Source of the DNA: Pseudomonadota bacterium
GTDB taxonomy: Bacteria > Pseudomonadota > Alphaproteobacteria > Rhodobacterales > Rhodobacteraceae
Length of the DNA stretch: 64,000 nt
Direction of reading: 5' to 3'
Assembly (NCBI GenBank): GCA_041163945.1
Contig: JBEAQJ010000021.1
Location: 522 to 64,521, forward strand
In this document: in pieces, positions 18,676-29,223 of the stretch
Layout: the number at the start of each line of letters is the position of its first letter
How positions within the stretch are numbered: position 1 is the stretch's first letter
The notes under the pieces: model-generated
Told to the model about the DNA's origin: nothing
What the model saw: only the letters and a program-made list of their open reading frames with translations
The model's database searches: none
Program-made: the position numbers and the translations under genes

Positions 18676-20093
18676 TGGCACAAAAGGCGGCAATCATCGG
18701 GGGGGGCGTGATCGGCGGCGGCTGGGCGGCGCGCTTCTTGCTCAACGGCTGGGATGTGGCCGTGTTCGACCCCGACCCGGAAGCCCAACGCAAGATCGAG
18801 GCGGTGCTGGCCAATGCGCGCCGTTCGCTGCCGGGGCTGTACGAGCGCGCCCTGCCGCCCGAGGGGCGGCTGGCGTTTCACACCGATCTGGCCCAAGCGG
18901 TGGCCGGTGCCGACTGGGTGCAGGAAAGCGTGCCCGAACGGCTGGATCTCAAGCACAAGGTTTTGGCCCAGATCAGGGAACATGCCCCGGCCGAGGCCGT
19001 TTTGGGAAGTTCAACATCGGGCTTCAAACCATCAGAACTGAACGAAAAAAATGCGCGGGCGATTGTCGCGCACCCGTTCAACCCCGTCTATCTTCTGCCC
19101 TTGATCGAATTGGTGGGCGACGGGGATACCTGCCAGAAAGCGGCCGCGATCCTGCGCGGGATCGGGATGTATCCCTTGCTGGTGCGCAAGGAAATCGATG
19201 CCCATATCGCCGATCGCTTCCTTGAGGCCGTCTGGCGTGAGGCGCTGTGGCTGGTCAAGGACGGCATCGCCACCACCGCTGAAATCGACGAGGCGATCCG
19301 CATGGGTTTTGGCCTGCGGTGGGCGCAAATGGGCCTGTTCGAAACCTATCGCATCGCCGGCGGCGAGGCCGGCATGCGTCATTTCATGGCCCAGTTCGGT
19401 CCCTGCCTGACATGGCCCTGGACCAAGCTGATGGATGTGCCCGAATTCACCGACGAGCTGGTCGAGCTGATCGCCGGCCAATCAGACGCACAATCCGGCC
19501 ACCGGACGATCCGCGAACTGGAGCGGTTGCGCGATGACAATCTGGTGGGCATCCTGCGTGCGCTCAAACGCACGGGAAGCGGCGCGGGCGGCGTGATCAA
19601 TGCCCATGAGGCGCTGTTGCCGCGCCGCGCGACCGGGCCGGATGGGTTGCCCGTGACGGTCGAGATGCAAGTGCCGACCAGCTTTGTCGACTATAACGGC
19701 CACATGAACGAGGCCCCCTATCTCGAGGTGTCGGCGCGCGCCTCGGATCGCTTCATGGAACTGATCGGGGCGGATGCCGCCTATATCGCGGGCGGTTTGA
19801 GCTATTTCACCGCGGAAAACCACATTCGCTATTTCGCCGAGATCGACATCGGCGCCCACATCACGGTGACCACGCAGGCCTTGGGCGGGGATGGGCGCAA
19901 GCTGCATCTGCTGAACAAGATCTGGACCGACGGCGACAGCCCCGCAGCGACCGTCGAGACGCTTTTGTTGCATGTCGATCTGTCCACGCGGCGCGTTTTG
20001 GCGCCCGCGGGCGTCGTGGCCGAACGCGCGGCAGGGTTTGTCGCCGCCCATGCGGACCATCCCCGGCCCGATCGGCTGGTCATCACGGTCTAG
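18672..20093 (+). CDS. lcdH: L-carnitine 3-dehydrogenase fused to a C-terminal hotdog thioesterase
   Basis: GGGVIGGGWAARF, QESVPE, HPFNPVYLLP and FGPCLTWPWTKL. C-terminal DYNGHMNE thioesterase motif. Confidence 0.9.
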   Translation: MMAQKAAIIGGGVIGGGWAARFLLNGWDVAVFDPDPEAQRKIEAVLANARRSLPGLYERALPPEGRLAFHTDLAQAVAGADWVQESVPERLDLKHKVLAQIREHAPAEAVLGSSTSGFKPSELNEKNARAIVAHPFNPVYLLPLIELVGDGDTCQKAAAILRGIGMYPLLVRKEIDAHIADRFLEAVWREALWLVKDGIATTAEIDEAIRMGFGLRWAQMGLFETYRIAGGEAGMRHFMAQFGPCLTWPWTKLMDVPEFTDELVELIAGQSDAQSGHRTIRELERLRDDNLVGILRALKRTGSGAGGVINAHEALLPRRATGPDGLPVTVEMQVPTSFVDYNGHMNEAPYLEVSARASDRFMELIGADAAYIAGGLSYFTAENHIRYFAEIDIGAHITVTTQALGGDGRKLHLLNKIWTDGDSPAATVETLLLHVDLSTRRVLAPAGVVAERAAGFVAAHADHPRPDRLVITV

Positions 20094-20123
20094 GGCCCGT
20101 CTCGCGGGCCAAAGCGGCCCGGA

Positions 20124-21749
20124 TCAGCCGGCGGCGCCGGCGGCGCGGCGGTCCAACAGGCGGGTCAGCCAGTCGGGGTCCATCTCGGGCACCGAGGACA
20201 GCAACAGCTCGGTATAGGGCTCATGGGGGGGGGCGAACATCTGGGCCTTCGGGCCCTGTTCGATCACCCGGCCTTTTTGCATCACCACCACATCATCGGC
20301 GATGGCGCGCACCGTGGCCAGATCATGGGTGATGAACATGTAGGCCAGGCCGAATTCATCTTGTAGCCGCGTCAACAGCTTCAAGATGCCTTCCTGAACG
20401 ATCTGGTCGAGCGCCGATGTCACCTCGTCGCAGATGATGATCTTGGGCTCGGCGGCCAACGCCCGGGCAATGCCGATGCGCTGTTTCTGACCGCCGGACA
20501 ATTCGCCCGGCAACCGGTCGATATAGGTGTCGGGGTCCAGTTCGATCAGCTGCAACAGATCGCGCACCCGCGTTTCCAGGGCGCGCCCCGACAGGCCCAG
20601 ATACATTTGCGCCGGCCGTCCGATCAATTCGCGCAACCGCAGCTTGGGGTTCAGCGCCGTATCGGCCATCTGGTAGATCATCTGCACCTGCCGCAGCTGA
20701 TCGCGCGTGCGCGATTTCAGCGCCGGCGGCAGGGCCGCGCCTTGGAACAGCACCGCGCCCGATTGCGGTGGCAAAAGCCCGGTGATGACGCGCGCGGCGG
20801 TGGATTTCCCCGACCCGCTTTCCCCGACGACCGCGACGGTGCGGCCTGCGTGGATGTCGAAGCTGACATCGTCAAGCACCGGAATCTTGCCATAGGCGGC
20901 GCTGACATTGCGCACCGACAGGATCGGGGCATCTTGCGGGGTGGGCTGCGCCGGGCGGGCAAAGCTGCGCACCGCCCAAAGCGATTTGGTGTAGGCCTCG
21001 CGCGGGGCGGCCAGCATGGTGCGGGTGTCGGCTTCTTCCACCTCGTGGCCGCGCAGCAGCACCTTGATGCGGTCGGCCGCCTGCGCCACGACCGCCAGAT
21101 CATGGGTGATGTAGATGGCGGCGGTGTCGAACTGGCGCACGATGTCGCGGATCGCGGCCAGAACCTCGATCTGGGTGGTCACATCCAGCGCCGTGGTCGG
21201 TTCGTCGAAAATGATCAGATCGGGGCGACAGGCCATCGCCATCGCGGTCATCGCGCGCTGCAATTGGCCGCCCGACACCTGATGGGGGTAACGAAACCCG
21301 ATCTCTTCGGGGTTGGGCAGTTGCATGCGCCGGTAAAGATCGACGGCATCGTGTTCGGCGCGCGCCCGGTCCATCACGCCGTGAATGACGGGTGCTTCGC
21401 AATACTGGTCGATCAGGCGATGGGCCGGGTTGAAACTGGCGGCGGCCGATTGCGCCACATAGGCGATGCGCGCCCCGCGCAAGGCGCGGCGTTCCGCTTC
21501 GGGGGCGGTGCGCAGGTCGATCCCGTCGAACAGGATGCTTCCCCCCGATATGCGGCAGCCATCGCGGGCAAAACCCATCGCGGCAAGCCCCACGGTGGAT
21601 TTGCCCGCGCCCGATTCCCCGATCAGCCCCAGCACTTCGCCCTTGTGCAGGGTCAGGTCGATGCCCTTGACGATTTCGGTCCAGCCGTCGCCGGCGCGGC
21701 CTTCGATGCGCAGGCCCTCGATCTTCAGCAATACCTCGCGGCCCATCAT
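20124..21749 (-). CDS. Peptide/nickel-type ABC transporter, fused double ATPase
   Basis: Two Walker A motifs ([16 protein letters not shown]) and two signature motifs (VSGGQ, LSGGQ). Confidence 0.92.
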   Translation of the reverse strand: MMGREVLLKIEGLRIEGRAGDGWTEIVKGIDLTLHKGEVLGLIGESGAGKSTVGLAAMGFARDGCRISGGSILFDGIDLRTAPEAERRALRGARIAYVAQSAAASFNPAHRLIDQYCEAPVIHGVMDRARAEHDAVDLYRRMQLPNPEEIGFRYPHQVSGGQLQRAMTAMAMACRPDLIIFDEPTTALDVTTQIEVLAAIRDIVRQFDTAAIYITHDLAVVAQAADRIKVLLRGHEVEEADTRTMLAAPREAYTKSLWAVRSFARPAQPTPQDAPILSVRNVSAAYGKIPVLDDVSFDIHAGRTVAVVGESGSGKSTAARVITGLLPPQSGAVLFQGAALPPALKSRTRDQLRQVQMIYQMADTALNPKLRLRELIGRPAQMYLGLSGRALETRVRDLLQLIELDPDTYIDRLPGELSGGQKQRIGIARALAAEPKIIICDEVTSALDQIVQEGILKLLTRLQDEFGLAYMFITHDLATVRAIADDVVVMQKGRVIEQGPKAQMFAPPHEPYTELLLSSVPEMDPDWLTRLLDRRAAGAAG

Positions 21750-22666
21750 GCTTGCTCCTTCAGGCCCGAGGCGCGGTGAAGCTGCCAATCGACGACGAAA
21801 TTCACCGCGACCGTCAACAGCGCGATGCAGCCCGCCGGCAACAGCGGCGTCACATCCCCAAAGGTGATCAGCGTGGCGTTGTCCTTGACCATGCTGCCCC
21901 AATCGGCGGTGGGCGGCTGGATGCCCAGCCCCAGGAACGACAGCGACGATATCGACAGGAACACGAAGCAAAAGCGCAGGCCGAATTCGGCCACCAGCGG
22001 TGCCATCGCATTGGGCAGGATTTCGCGCCGGATCAAGAACCATGACCCTTCGCCCCGCAGCCGCGCAGCTTCGATGTAGTCCATCACCACGATGCCTTGG
22101 GCCACCGCGCGCGCCAGTCGGAACACCCGTGTCGCATCAACCGCCGCGATGACCAGGATCAGCGTCAACACCGATGTGCCGAAGATCGTCAGCAGCAACA
22201 GCGAAAAGATCAGGGCCGGGATCGCCATCAAGGCATCCACGAAACGCGACAGCCCCTGATCGATCCAGCCGCCGACCAGCGCCGCCCAAAGCCCCAGCAC
22301 CGCCCCCACCACAAAGGCCAGCGCCGTTGTCACAAAGGCGATGCCCACCGTGTTGCGGGCGCCAAATATCAACCGCGAAAGCATGTCGCGCCCGATCCGG
22401 TCGGTGCCCAAGGGATGGGCGGCCGACCAGGCCTGGAACTGGCCCCCGACGATTTCGCGTTCGGGAAAGGGCGCAAGTACAGGGGCCGCGATGGCCACGG
22501 CGGCATAGATCAAGATGACCAGAACGCCGAAGGCCGCGGTCAGGGGAATGTCTTGCGCGATGGCGCCCGCAGGCCCCGACAGGGTGGCCCGCGCGCCGGC
22601 ACGCGCCATCCATGCGATGGCAAACAGCCCGGCCAACCCAAGGGTTACGGAGAGGGCAAAACCCAT
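21746..22666 (-). CDS. ABC transporter permease (DppC/OppC type)
   Basis: HPLGTDRIGRD, EAA motif (YIEAARLRGE) and LSFLGLG. Confidence 0.92.
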   Translation of the reverse strand: MGFALSVTLGLAGLFAIAWMARAGARATLSGPAGAIAQDIPLTAAFGVLVILIYAAVAIAAPVLAPFPEREIVGGQFQAWSAAHPLGTDRIGRDMLSRLIFGARNTVGIAFVTTALAFVVGAVLGLWAALVGGWIDQGLSRFVDALMAIPALIFSLLLLTIFGTSVLTLILVIAAVDATRVFRLARAVAQGIVVMDYIEAARLRGEGSWFLIRREILPNAMAPLVAEFGLRFCFVFLSISSLSFLGLGIQPPTADWGSMVKDNATLITFGDVTPLLPAGCIALLTVAVNFVVDWQLHRASGLKEQA

Positions 22667-22670
22667 GGCG

Positions 22671-23612
22671 CTATCTCCGGTGCATCAGGCGGGGATTGGT
22701 GATCGTCGACAGCACGTCGGCGATCAGGTTCAGCGCCACATAGGCCGCCGCAAAGATCAGCGCGACCGCCTGCACCACGGCGATGTCGCGGTTCGACACC
22801 GCATCCACCATCAGCTGCCCAAGACCGGGATAGACAAACACCACCTCGACCACCACGACGCCGGTGATCAGATACGCCAGGTTCAGCGCGATCACGTTGA
22901 TGATGGGCGCCAGCGCGTTGGGCAGGGCATGGCGCAGCACGATGCGCAGCGGCGACATGCCCTTGAGGCGGGCCATTTCGATGTAGGGGCTGGCCAACAG
23001 GTTGATGATGGCCGCCCGCGTCATGCGCATCATATGCGCCGTGACCACCAGCATCAGCGTCAGCGCGGGCAGGAAGGTCATGTAAAGACGGTCGCCGAAA
23101 TCGGTGGTGGGGTTGATGCGCACCATCGAGGGAAAGATGCCCGTCTGTGCCAGCCACAGCACCAGGATATAGGCCACGAAGAATTCGGGAAAGGAAATCG
23201 CCGTCAGCGCGCCGGCATTGGCCGCCCGGTCAAAGATCGAATTGCGCCACAAGGCCGCCAATATGCCCAAGATCAGCGAGATCGGCACCGACAGCGCGGC
23301 GGCATAAAGTGCCAGGAACACGGTGTTGCCCAGGCGCGCGGCGATCAGGTCGGAAATCGGGCGGCCATTGGCCAAGGATACGCCGAAATCCCCCGTCAGC
23401 GCGGCGGTCAGCCAGTTCCAGTAGCGCAGCGGCGCAGGCTCGTTCAGGCCCAGCTGGTTGCGCAGCGCGGCCACGGTTTCCGGCGTGGCCGACTGGCCCA
23501 AAAGCTGCGTGGCCAGATCGCCCGGCAAAAGCTCGGTCGCCCAGAAGATCACCAATGAGACGATCAACAAAAGCCCGATCCCCAGCGCGATACGCGCCAG
23601 GATCATCCGCAT
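22671..23612 (-). CDS. ABC transporter permease (DppB/OppB type)
   Basis: LPGD, GDFGVS, YIEMARLKG, VEVVFVYPGLG and NPR C-terminus. Start approximate. Confidence 0.92.
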   Translation of the reverse strand: MRMILARIALGIGLLLIVSLVIFWATELLPGDLATQLLGQSATPETVAALRNQLGLNEPAPLRYWNWLTAALTGDFGVSLANGRPISDLIAARLGNTVFLALYAAALSVPISLILGILAALWRNSIFDRAANAGALTAISFPEFFVAYILVLWLAQTGIFPSMVRINPTTDFGDRLYMTFLPALTLMLVVTAHMMRMTRAAIINLLASPYIEMARLKGMSPLRIVLRHALPNALAPIINVIALNLAYLITGVVVVEVVFVYPGLGQLMVDAVSNRDIAVVQAVALIFAAAYVALNLIADVLSTITNPRLMHRR

Positions 23613-23653
23613 CACATTCGACAGGGTTCCGTCCTCCGCATGGCCGGAAAGGG

Positions 23654-23683
23654 GCCCCCCGGTGCGGTCGCGCACCGGGGGGC
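23654..23683. other. Intercistronic stem-loop after the substrate-binding protein gene
   Basis: Perfect 13-bp stem GCCCCCCGGTGCG-GTCG-CGCACCGGGGGGC, in the usual position of an mRNA-stabilising hairpin in ABC operons. Confidence 0.7.
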
Positions 23684-23692
23684 GTTCGTCGG

Positions 23693-25276
23693 TTACGCCA
23701 TCCACCAGCGCTCGACGCAACGGAACCCGTCAAAGTTCCAGTTGGCCGAGATGCGGTCAGGGGTGGCGACGCCGTTGGACACGGCCATCACGTAGTTGTT
23801 GTACATCGGGATGATGGTCGAGCCTTCGAAGGACACCAGCTGCTGCATCTCTTGATACATTTCGCGGCGGCGGTCTTCGTTGATTTCCGAACGTGCGGCC
23901 ACCAACAGCTCGTTGAAGCGCGCATTGTCCCAGAAGCTTTCGTTCCATGCCCCGCCGGCCGCATATGCGGTGGTGAACATGTGATCCTCGACCGCGCGGC
24001 CGCCCCAATAGGTGGCGCAGAAGGGCGAGTTGCCGTTGGGGTTCAGCCAGACATTGTCCCAGTAGCCGTCGTTGGGCACCCGGTCGACGGTCATGTTGAT
24101 GCCAGCTGCGCGCGCGGTTTCCGAGAACATGGCCCCCGCATCGACCGCACCCGAGAACGCGGCGTCGGCCACCGAAATGGTGACATCGAGGCTGCTCAAC
24201 CCGGCTTGCTGCAGATAGTAGCGCGCCTTGTCCGGATCATAGGTCTTGGCTTCCATTTCCGCATGGAAATAGCGGTTGGCCGGACCGATCGGGTTGTCGT
24301 TGGCCACCGCACCATGGCCGCCCAGGATGACATCGACCATCGCTTGGCGATCGATGGCGTATTTCAGCGCCAGACGGATGTTGTTGTCGCTGTAGGGCGC
24401 GGCGCGGCTGTCCATCGGGAAGCCGTAATGCGCATTGCCCGGGATCGACAGGATGCGTGCGACACCGCGGCTTTCCAGCATGCCGATGGTGGCCGGATCG
24501 ACCTGGTCGATCAGGTTCACTTCGCCGGTGATCAGCGCGTTCAGACGCGCCGCCGCATCGAGGATCGACACCAGTTCGATCCGGTCAAACCAGGCGCGGT
24601 CCGATTTCCAGTAATTGGGGTTGCGGTTCAGCGTGGCCTGAACCCCATGCTCGAAGCTTTCGACGATGTAGCCGCCGCAGCCGTCGGTCGAGTTGACGTC
24701 GATCTTGCCGCCCATGCTGGGCATGATCGGAATGTGATAATCCGTCATCAGATAGGGCAGGTCGGCGTTGGGGGCTTCCAGCGTGACGACGACGTTGTTG
24801 CCGTCCACCCGCACATCGGTGATTGCGGCCAGCAGCGGCTTGATGACCGATGTCGTATCATCGCCGCGGTGATGGTTGATCGAGGCCACGACATCATCGG
24901 GCGTCAGCGTCTTGCCGGAATGGAAGCTCACGCCCTGACGGATCGGGAACACCCAGGTCACACCGTCGCTGCTCGACCAGCTTTCCGCGATCTCGGGGTG
25001 CAGCTGTCCGTCGGAACCCACCTCGATCAGGTAGTTGTGACGCGCGGCGGCAAAGGTCTGGACATACAGCTGATCCCACAGGCCGGGATCCAGCGTATCG
25101 GTGGTCGAACCATGACCGATCCCGATGCGGAAGGTGCCGCCGCGGGTCTGCGCCTGGGCGCTGCGGGTGGTGTGCGGCAGAATCAGGCCAGCCGCCCCGA
25201 CCGCTGCCGCGCCTTTCAGCACGCCGCGTCGGCTAAGCGGGGCAAACCCCTGACCTGTTGTGGTGAATTCCGTCAT
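23693..25276 (-). CDS. Family-5 ABC substrate-binding protein, Tat-exported
   Basis: Tat signal SRRGVLK, TLDP, AESW, FHSGKTLTPDDV and NPNYW. Start at MTEFTT after GGGAG. Confidence 0.9.
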   Translation of the reverse strand: MTEFTTTGQGFAPLSRRGVLKGAAAVGAAGLILPHTTRSAQAQTRGGTFRIGIGHGSTTDTLDPGLWDQLYVQTFAAARHNYLIEVGSDGQLHPEIAESWSSSDGVTWVFPIRQGVSFHSGKTLTPDDVVASINHHRGDDTTSVIKPLLAAITDVRVDGNNVVVTLEAPNADLPYLMTDYHIPIMPSMGGKIDVNSTDGCGGYIVESFEHGVQATLNRNPNYWKSDRAWFDRIELVSILDAAARLNALITGEVNLIDQVDPATIGMLESRGVARILSIPGNAHYGFPMDSRAAPYSDNNIRLALKYAIDRQAMVDVILGGHGAVANDNPIGPANRYFHAEMEAKTYDPDKARYYLQQAGLSSLDVTISVADAAFSGAVDAGAMFSETARAAGINMTVDRVPNDGYWDNVWLNPNGNSPFCATYWGGRAVEDHMFTTAYAAGGAWNESFWDNARFNELLVAARSEINEDRRREMYQEMQQLVSFEGSTIIPMYNNYVMAVSNGVATPDRISANWNFDGFRCVERWWMA

Positions 25277-25672
25277 GTGTCGTCTCCCTGTGGTGCGGGC
25301 TGCCGGTTGTTTCCTGCAGCCTTGGTCGTTTTGGTGTGCCACGGCGGCTGTTGCCGGTCCGCAGCGTTGTGATCCTCGCGTCATGCGGGCCGCGGCCCTG
25401 TGCCGATGCCCTTTGTGGCAAAGCCCGCGACGTCGTTGTGTCAGCGTGATCCACATTCGTGACGATAAGCTGACAACGCCTCACCACAAACACATAACAA
25501 AAAATTCTTCGCAATTACGACGAAAAAATTCGTGTTCCTGTAAGCCTGGGCGCTCAGGCTTCGCCCATCAGATGTGGGGGGGGCCGTCCGGCTTGGTCGC
25601 AGAGGTTTCCATCATCATGCGCCACGGCGGAGGGAATCGGCGGGCCCCGATACCGGGCCCGCCGCGCCATAT

Positions 25673-26362
25673 TCAAAGAACCTTGACGGTCAAGGTGCCC
25701 ACGCCATCGACATGGCCTTCCATCACATCGCCGCGCACGATGGGCCCGACGCCAGACGGGGTGCCGGTCATGATCACATCGCCGGGGCACAGTTCGAAAT
25801 ACCGCGACAGGATCGAAATCATCTCGGGCACCTTCCAGAGCATCTGGTTCAGGTCGCCCTCTTGCTGCACGACACCATTGACCTTGAGCCAGATCGCGCC
25901 CTCGGTCGGATGGCCGATGGTTGCGGCCGGCACAAGCGCGGTGCAGGGGGCCGATTGATCGAAGTTCTTGCCGACCTCCCAGGGGCGGCCCAGTTTCTTG
26001 GCTTCACCCTGCAAATCGCGCCGGGTCATGTCCAGACCGACGCCATAGCCATAGACATGATCGAGCGCCGTCTCGACGGGAATGTCGGTGCCCCCCTTCG
26101 ACAGGGCGACGACCAGCTCGATCTCGTAATGCACATCGCTGGTCTCAGTGGGGTAGGGGAAATCGCCGAACACGATGGTGTCGGGGCTTTTTTGGAAAAA
26201 GAACGGGGGTTCCTTGTTCGGATCATGGCCCATTTCGATGGCGTGGGCGGCATAATTGCGCCCGATGCAATACACCCGACGCACCGGGAATGTCTTGTCC
26301 GACCCCACGACCGGAAAGCGCGTGATCGGGGGCGGGGCAAATAGATCGTTTGGTTGGGTCAT
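25673..26362 (-). CDS. Fumarylacetoacetate hydrolase family protein (acylpyruvase/fumarylpyruvate hydrolase-like)
   Basis: RRVYCIGRNYAAHAIEMG, HYEIELVV, DMTRRDLQ and TGTPSGVG motifs. Confidence 0.9.
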   Translation of the reverse strand: MTQPNDLFAPPPITRFPVVGSDKTFPVRRVYCIGRNYAAHAIEMGHDPNKEPPFFFQKSPDTIVFGDFPYPTETSDVHYEIELVVALSKGGTDIPVETALDHVYGYGVGLDMTRRDLQGEAKKLGRPWEVGKNFDQSAPCTALVPAATIGHPTEGAIWLKVNGVVQQEGDLNQMLWKVPEMISILSRYFELCPGDVIMTGTPSGVGPIVRGDVMEGHVDGVGTLTVKVL

Positions 26363-26431
26363 TCTTCGCTTCCTATGCGGTCGATGGTTTGCGGCAGTGA
26401 TGCCCTGCCGCGCCCGGCAGGGCAACCGCCA

Positions 26432-27292
26432 TCAGCTTTCGGTCAGGGCGGTGGATTTGTGCCAGAACACAAAACGGCGCTGGGTCCAGACCACGGCCAT
26501 GAAAATCGCCAGCCCGATGATGCTGAGATAGATGATCAGCGCAAACACGCGCGCGGTGTCCAGATTGGTCGACGCCACCCGGATCAGGTCGCCAAAACCT
26601 TTGCCGCCGCCCAAAAATTCGCCCGTGATCGCGCCGGCCATCACCCCAACCGACCCGATCTTGAGCCCGGTGAAGAAATGCGGCATGCCCGTGGGCAGCT
26701 TCATCTTGATCAGCGTCTGAAACCGCGAGGCGCCCATGGTCTTGAACAGCATGCGGGCGTTTTCATCGGCTGCGTGCAAACCCGCCGCGGTGCCGACGAT
26801 GATCGGAAAGGTCGCGATAAAGGTCGCCAACGCCACCTTGCTTTCGATGCCAAAGCCCAGCCATGCGATGAACAGCGGCGCAAACGCCACCTTGGGCATG
26901 GTGTCGATCGCCACGAGGTAGGGCATGACGGCACGTTCGCCAAAGGCGGTTTCACCCACCAGAACCCCCAGCGAAAACCCGATCGCGGTCGCCAGCAGGA
27001 ACGCGTAGCCCACGGTTTTCAGCGTCACCCAAAGCGGGGTCAGCATGTAGCCGCCGGTCAACAGGTTATGACCAACGAAATAGATCTGGTTGGCCGTCGA
27101 TCCAGGCGAGGGCAGCAAGATCGGCGAAACCAGGCCCGTCATGTGGGTGAGCTGCCAGATCGCGATGAAGATCGCGAAGATCGCCACCATCGCCACCCAG
27201 CGCGGCACCCGATCGACCCAGGACACGTTTTCAACCCAGACCGTGCTGGGGAAGCTGCCCGTGGCCGCGTTGCCTTGATCCATCAGGGTCAT
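26432..27292 (-). CDS. NitT/TauT-family ABC permease
   Basis: PKVAFAPLFIAWLGFG and GEFLGG, several TM segments. Confidence 0.9.
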   Translation of the reverse strand: MTLMDQGNAATGSFPSTVWVENVSWVDRVPRWVAMVAIFAIFIAIWQLTHMTGLVSPILLPSPGSTANQIYFVGHNLLTGGYMLTPLWVTLKTVGYAFLLATAIGFSLGVLVGETAFGERAVMPYLVAIDTMPKVAFAPLFIAWLGFGIESKVALATFIATFPIIVGTAAGLHAADENARMLFKTMGASRFQTLIKMKLPTGMPHFFTGLKIGSVGVMAGAITGEFLGGGKGFGDLIRVASTNLDTARVFALIIYLSIIGLAIFMAVVWTQRRFVFWHKSTALTES

Positions 27293-28113
27293 GCCAATGC
27301 TCCTTCATCCAGTTGCGATCGGATCCGGTCGACCAGCGCCCCGAATTCCGGGGTGGTCATCATCTCCAGCGTGCGCGGACGCGGCAGATCGATCACCACC
27401 TCTTCCACGAAGCGGCCGGGGCGGGGCGACATCACATAGACCACGTCCGACAAGATCACCGCTTCCTGGATCGAGTGGGTCACCAGAAACGCCGTTGCAT
27501 TGCGTTCACGGCAGATGCGCTGCAATTCCATGTTCATGAAATCGCGCGTCAATTCATCAAGCGCGCTGAACGGTTCATCCAGCAGCAGCACCGAAGGCTG
27601 CGACACCAGCATCCGGCAGATCGCCGCGCGCTGCGCCATGCCGCCCGACAATTCGTTGGGAAAGACATGTTCGAACCCGGACAGCCCGGTCATCGCCAGC
27701 AAATCGCGGGCGCGATCATGGGCATCGCGGGCGGCTTTCTTGCCGTCGCGAATCTCGATCGGCAGAACGATGTTTTCCAGCACCGTGCGCCAAGGAAACA
27801 GCGTGGCCTGCTGGAACATCATGCCGATGTCTTCGCGCGGGCCCAGCACGGGCTTGCCTTCCAGCATCACGCTGCCCGACGAGGGCGGCGTCAGACCCGC
27901 CATGATCTTGAGCAGCGTGGACTTGCCGCAGCCGCTCGAGCCGATGACCGACGAAAAGCTGCCTTCGACCAGGGTCAGGTTCACATCGTCAAGCGCGTGA
28001 ATGCCGCGCTTGGCGTAGAATTTGTTCACGCCCCTCAGGACGTAGACCGGCCGCGCATCCTGTGCGGCCGGTTCCTTTTGTTGCGGTGACAGGCTCACGG
28101 CAGCGTGTTCCAT
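27289..28113 (-). CDS. NitT/TauT-family ABC ATPase
   Basis: GSSGCGKST, LSGGMAQR and LLLDEPFSALD. Confidence 0.93.
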   Translation of the reverse strand: MEHAAVSLSPQQKEPAAQDARPVYVLRGVNKFYAKRGIHALDDVNLTLVEGSFSSVIGSSGCGKSTLLKIMAGLTPPSSGSVMLEGKPVLGPREDIGMMFQQATLFPWRTVLENIVLPIEIRDGKKAARDAHDRARDLLAMTGLSGFEHVFPNELSGGMAQRAAICRMLVSQPSVLLLDEPFSALDELTRDFMNMELQRICRERNATAFLVTHSIQEAVILSDVVYVMSPRPGRFVEEVVIDLPRPRTLEMMTTPEFGALVDRIRSQLDEGALA

Positions 28114-29114
28114 GCTTCGACGAAGGCATTGGTGTACACGACCGTCAGATCGGGCAGCGGTGCGGGCAGATCCCCGGAAGCCACCAGATTGTCATGCCAG
28201 ACCTGCCAATGCTCGGGGTCGTTGTAGCCCCAGCCGTTGTCCGGGTTGTGCGGCAGGCCTTTGGCCAGAACGGCGTCGAGCAGCGCATTGGCAAAGCCCC
28301 GGTCCTCGATCTCTTGCGGATTGGCCACTTCGAGATGGTCGAGCACGCGGTCGCGGTTGGCCGGATCACGGGCAAAGATCGTCGCCCGAACCAGAGCCCG
28401 CCCGAAACCTTCGACGATGTCGGGGTTTTCGTTCACGTAAGCGGTCGTGGCGGCATAGCCATTGCCAAACAGCGTGTCGAATTTCGAGGGCGTGATGTCA
28501 CGCATCGGCAGGCCGCGGAAGGTGATGATCGCCCGGTCGGCCAAGGAACCGACATAGGCCACGATATCGCCGCGCTGCAAACCGGCCGTTGCCGGGCCGC
28601 CGTCGCCGACGGGGATAAAGGTGTAATCGGCCGGCTCGCTCATGCCGTAATCATTCAGGATGGCGCGGGCAAAGCCCACTTCGGCCCCGTCTGCAGTGCC
28701 GATCCCGATGTTGGCCCCGCGCAGATCATCGGGGGATTGAATGGCCGAGCTGTCGGGCACCAAGATGCCGAACGAGCTGCGCGGCAGCGAGTTGTAGAGG
28801 AACGTCACCTCGACCCCGCGGGCATTGGCCTGGATCACAGGTGCCGGGCCGGGGCGCCCGAAATCGGCCTGGCCGGCGGCCAGTGCCTGAAGGATCGCCG
28901 AGGATCCGTTGACCGCCTGGGTGGTCACCGAAAGCCCTTCGTCCGCGAAGTAGCCTTCGCCCACGGCCACGTGGACCGGGAACGAGTTGATCGCCGAGGG
29001 GCTGGGCGATACGAACGTGATCTCCTTGAGATCCTGCGCGGCCGCCGCCAGAGGCATAAGCCCCAGCGTTGCCGCAAGGATGCCCTTGCGCGTAAGCTGT
29101 GCCAACGTCTTCAT
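28095..29114 (-). CDS. NitT/TauT (NMT1/THI5-like) substrate-binding protein
   Basis: Signal peptide MKTLAQLTRKGILAA...AAAQ, GYFADEGL and DLRG motifs. Start after GGGAGGA. Confidence 0.87.
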   Translation of the reverse strand: MKTLAQLTRKGILAATLGLMPLAAAAQDLKEITFVSPSPSAINSFPVHVAVGEGYFADEGLSVTTQAVNGSSAILQALAAGQADFGRPGPAPVIQANARGVEVTFLYNSLPRSSFGILVPDSSAIQSPDDLRGANIGIGTADGAEVGFARAILNDYGMSEPADYTFIPVGDGGPATAGLQRGDIVAYVGSLADRAIITFRGLPMRDITPSKFDTLFGNGYAATTAYVNENPDIVEGFGRALVRATIFARDPANRDRVLDHLEVANPQEIEDRGFANALLDAVLAKGLPHNPDNGWGYNDPEHWQVWHDNLVASGDLPAPLPDLTVVYTNAFVEAWNTLP

Positions 29115-29144
29115 TTTTGCAGTCCTCCCTTTTGGTGAGAATGT

Positions 29145-29179
29145 CCCGCCGGAAATGTCTCCTCTCATTTCCGGGCGGG
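29145..29179. other. Intercistronic hairpin between the FAH gene and the SBP gene
   Basis: CCCGCCGGAAATG-N8-CATTTCCGGGCGGG with one bulge. Confidence 0.5.
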
Positions 29180-29223
29180 TCTTGACGGCACGGTCCCGGC
29201 ACGGGCCGACCGATATCACGGCG

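Noticed and set aside
25277-25672. About 400-bp intergenic region as a possible riboswitch or sRNA
   Set aside because: I could not recognise any aptamer consensus, and the AT-rich patch near 25485-25530 fits a promoter. An Rfam/Infernal scan would be needed to exclude an RNA.
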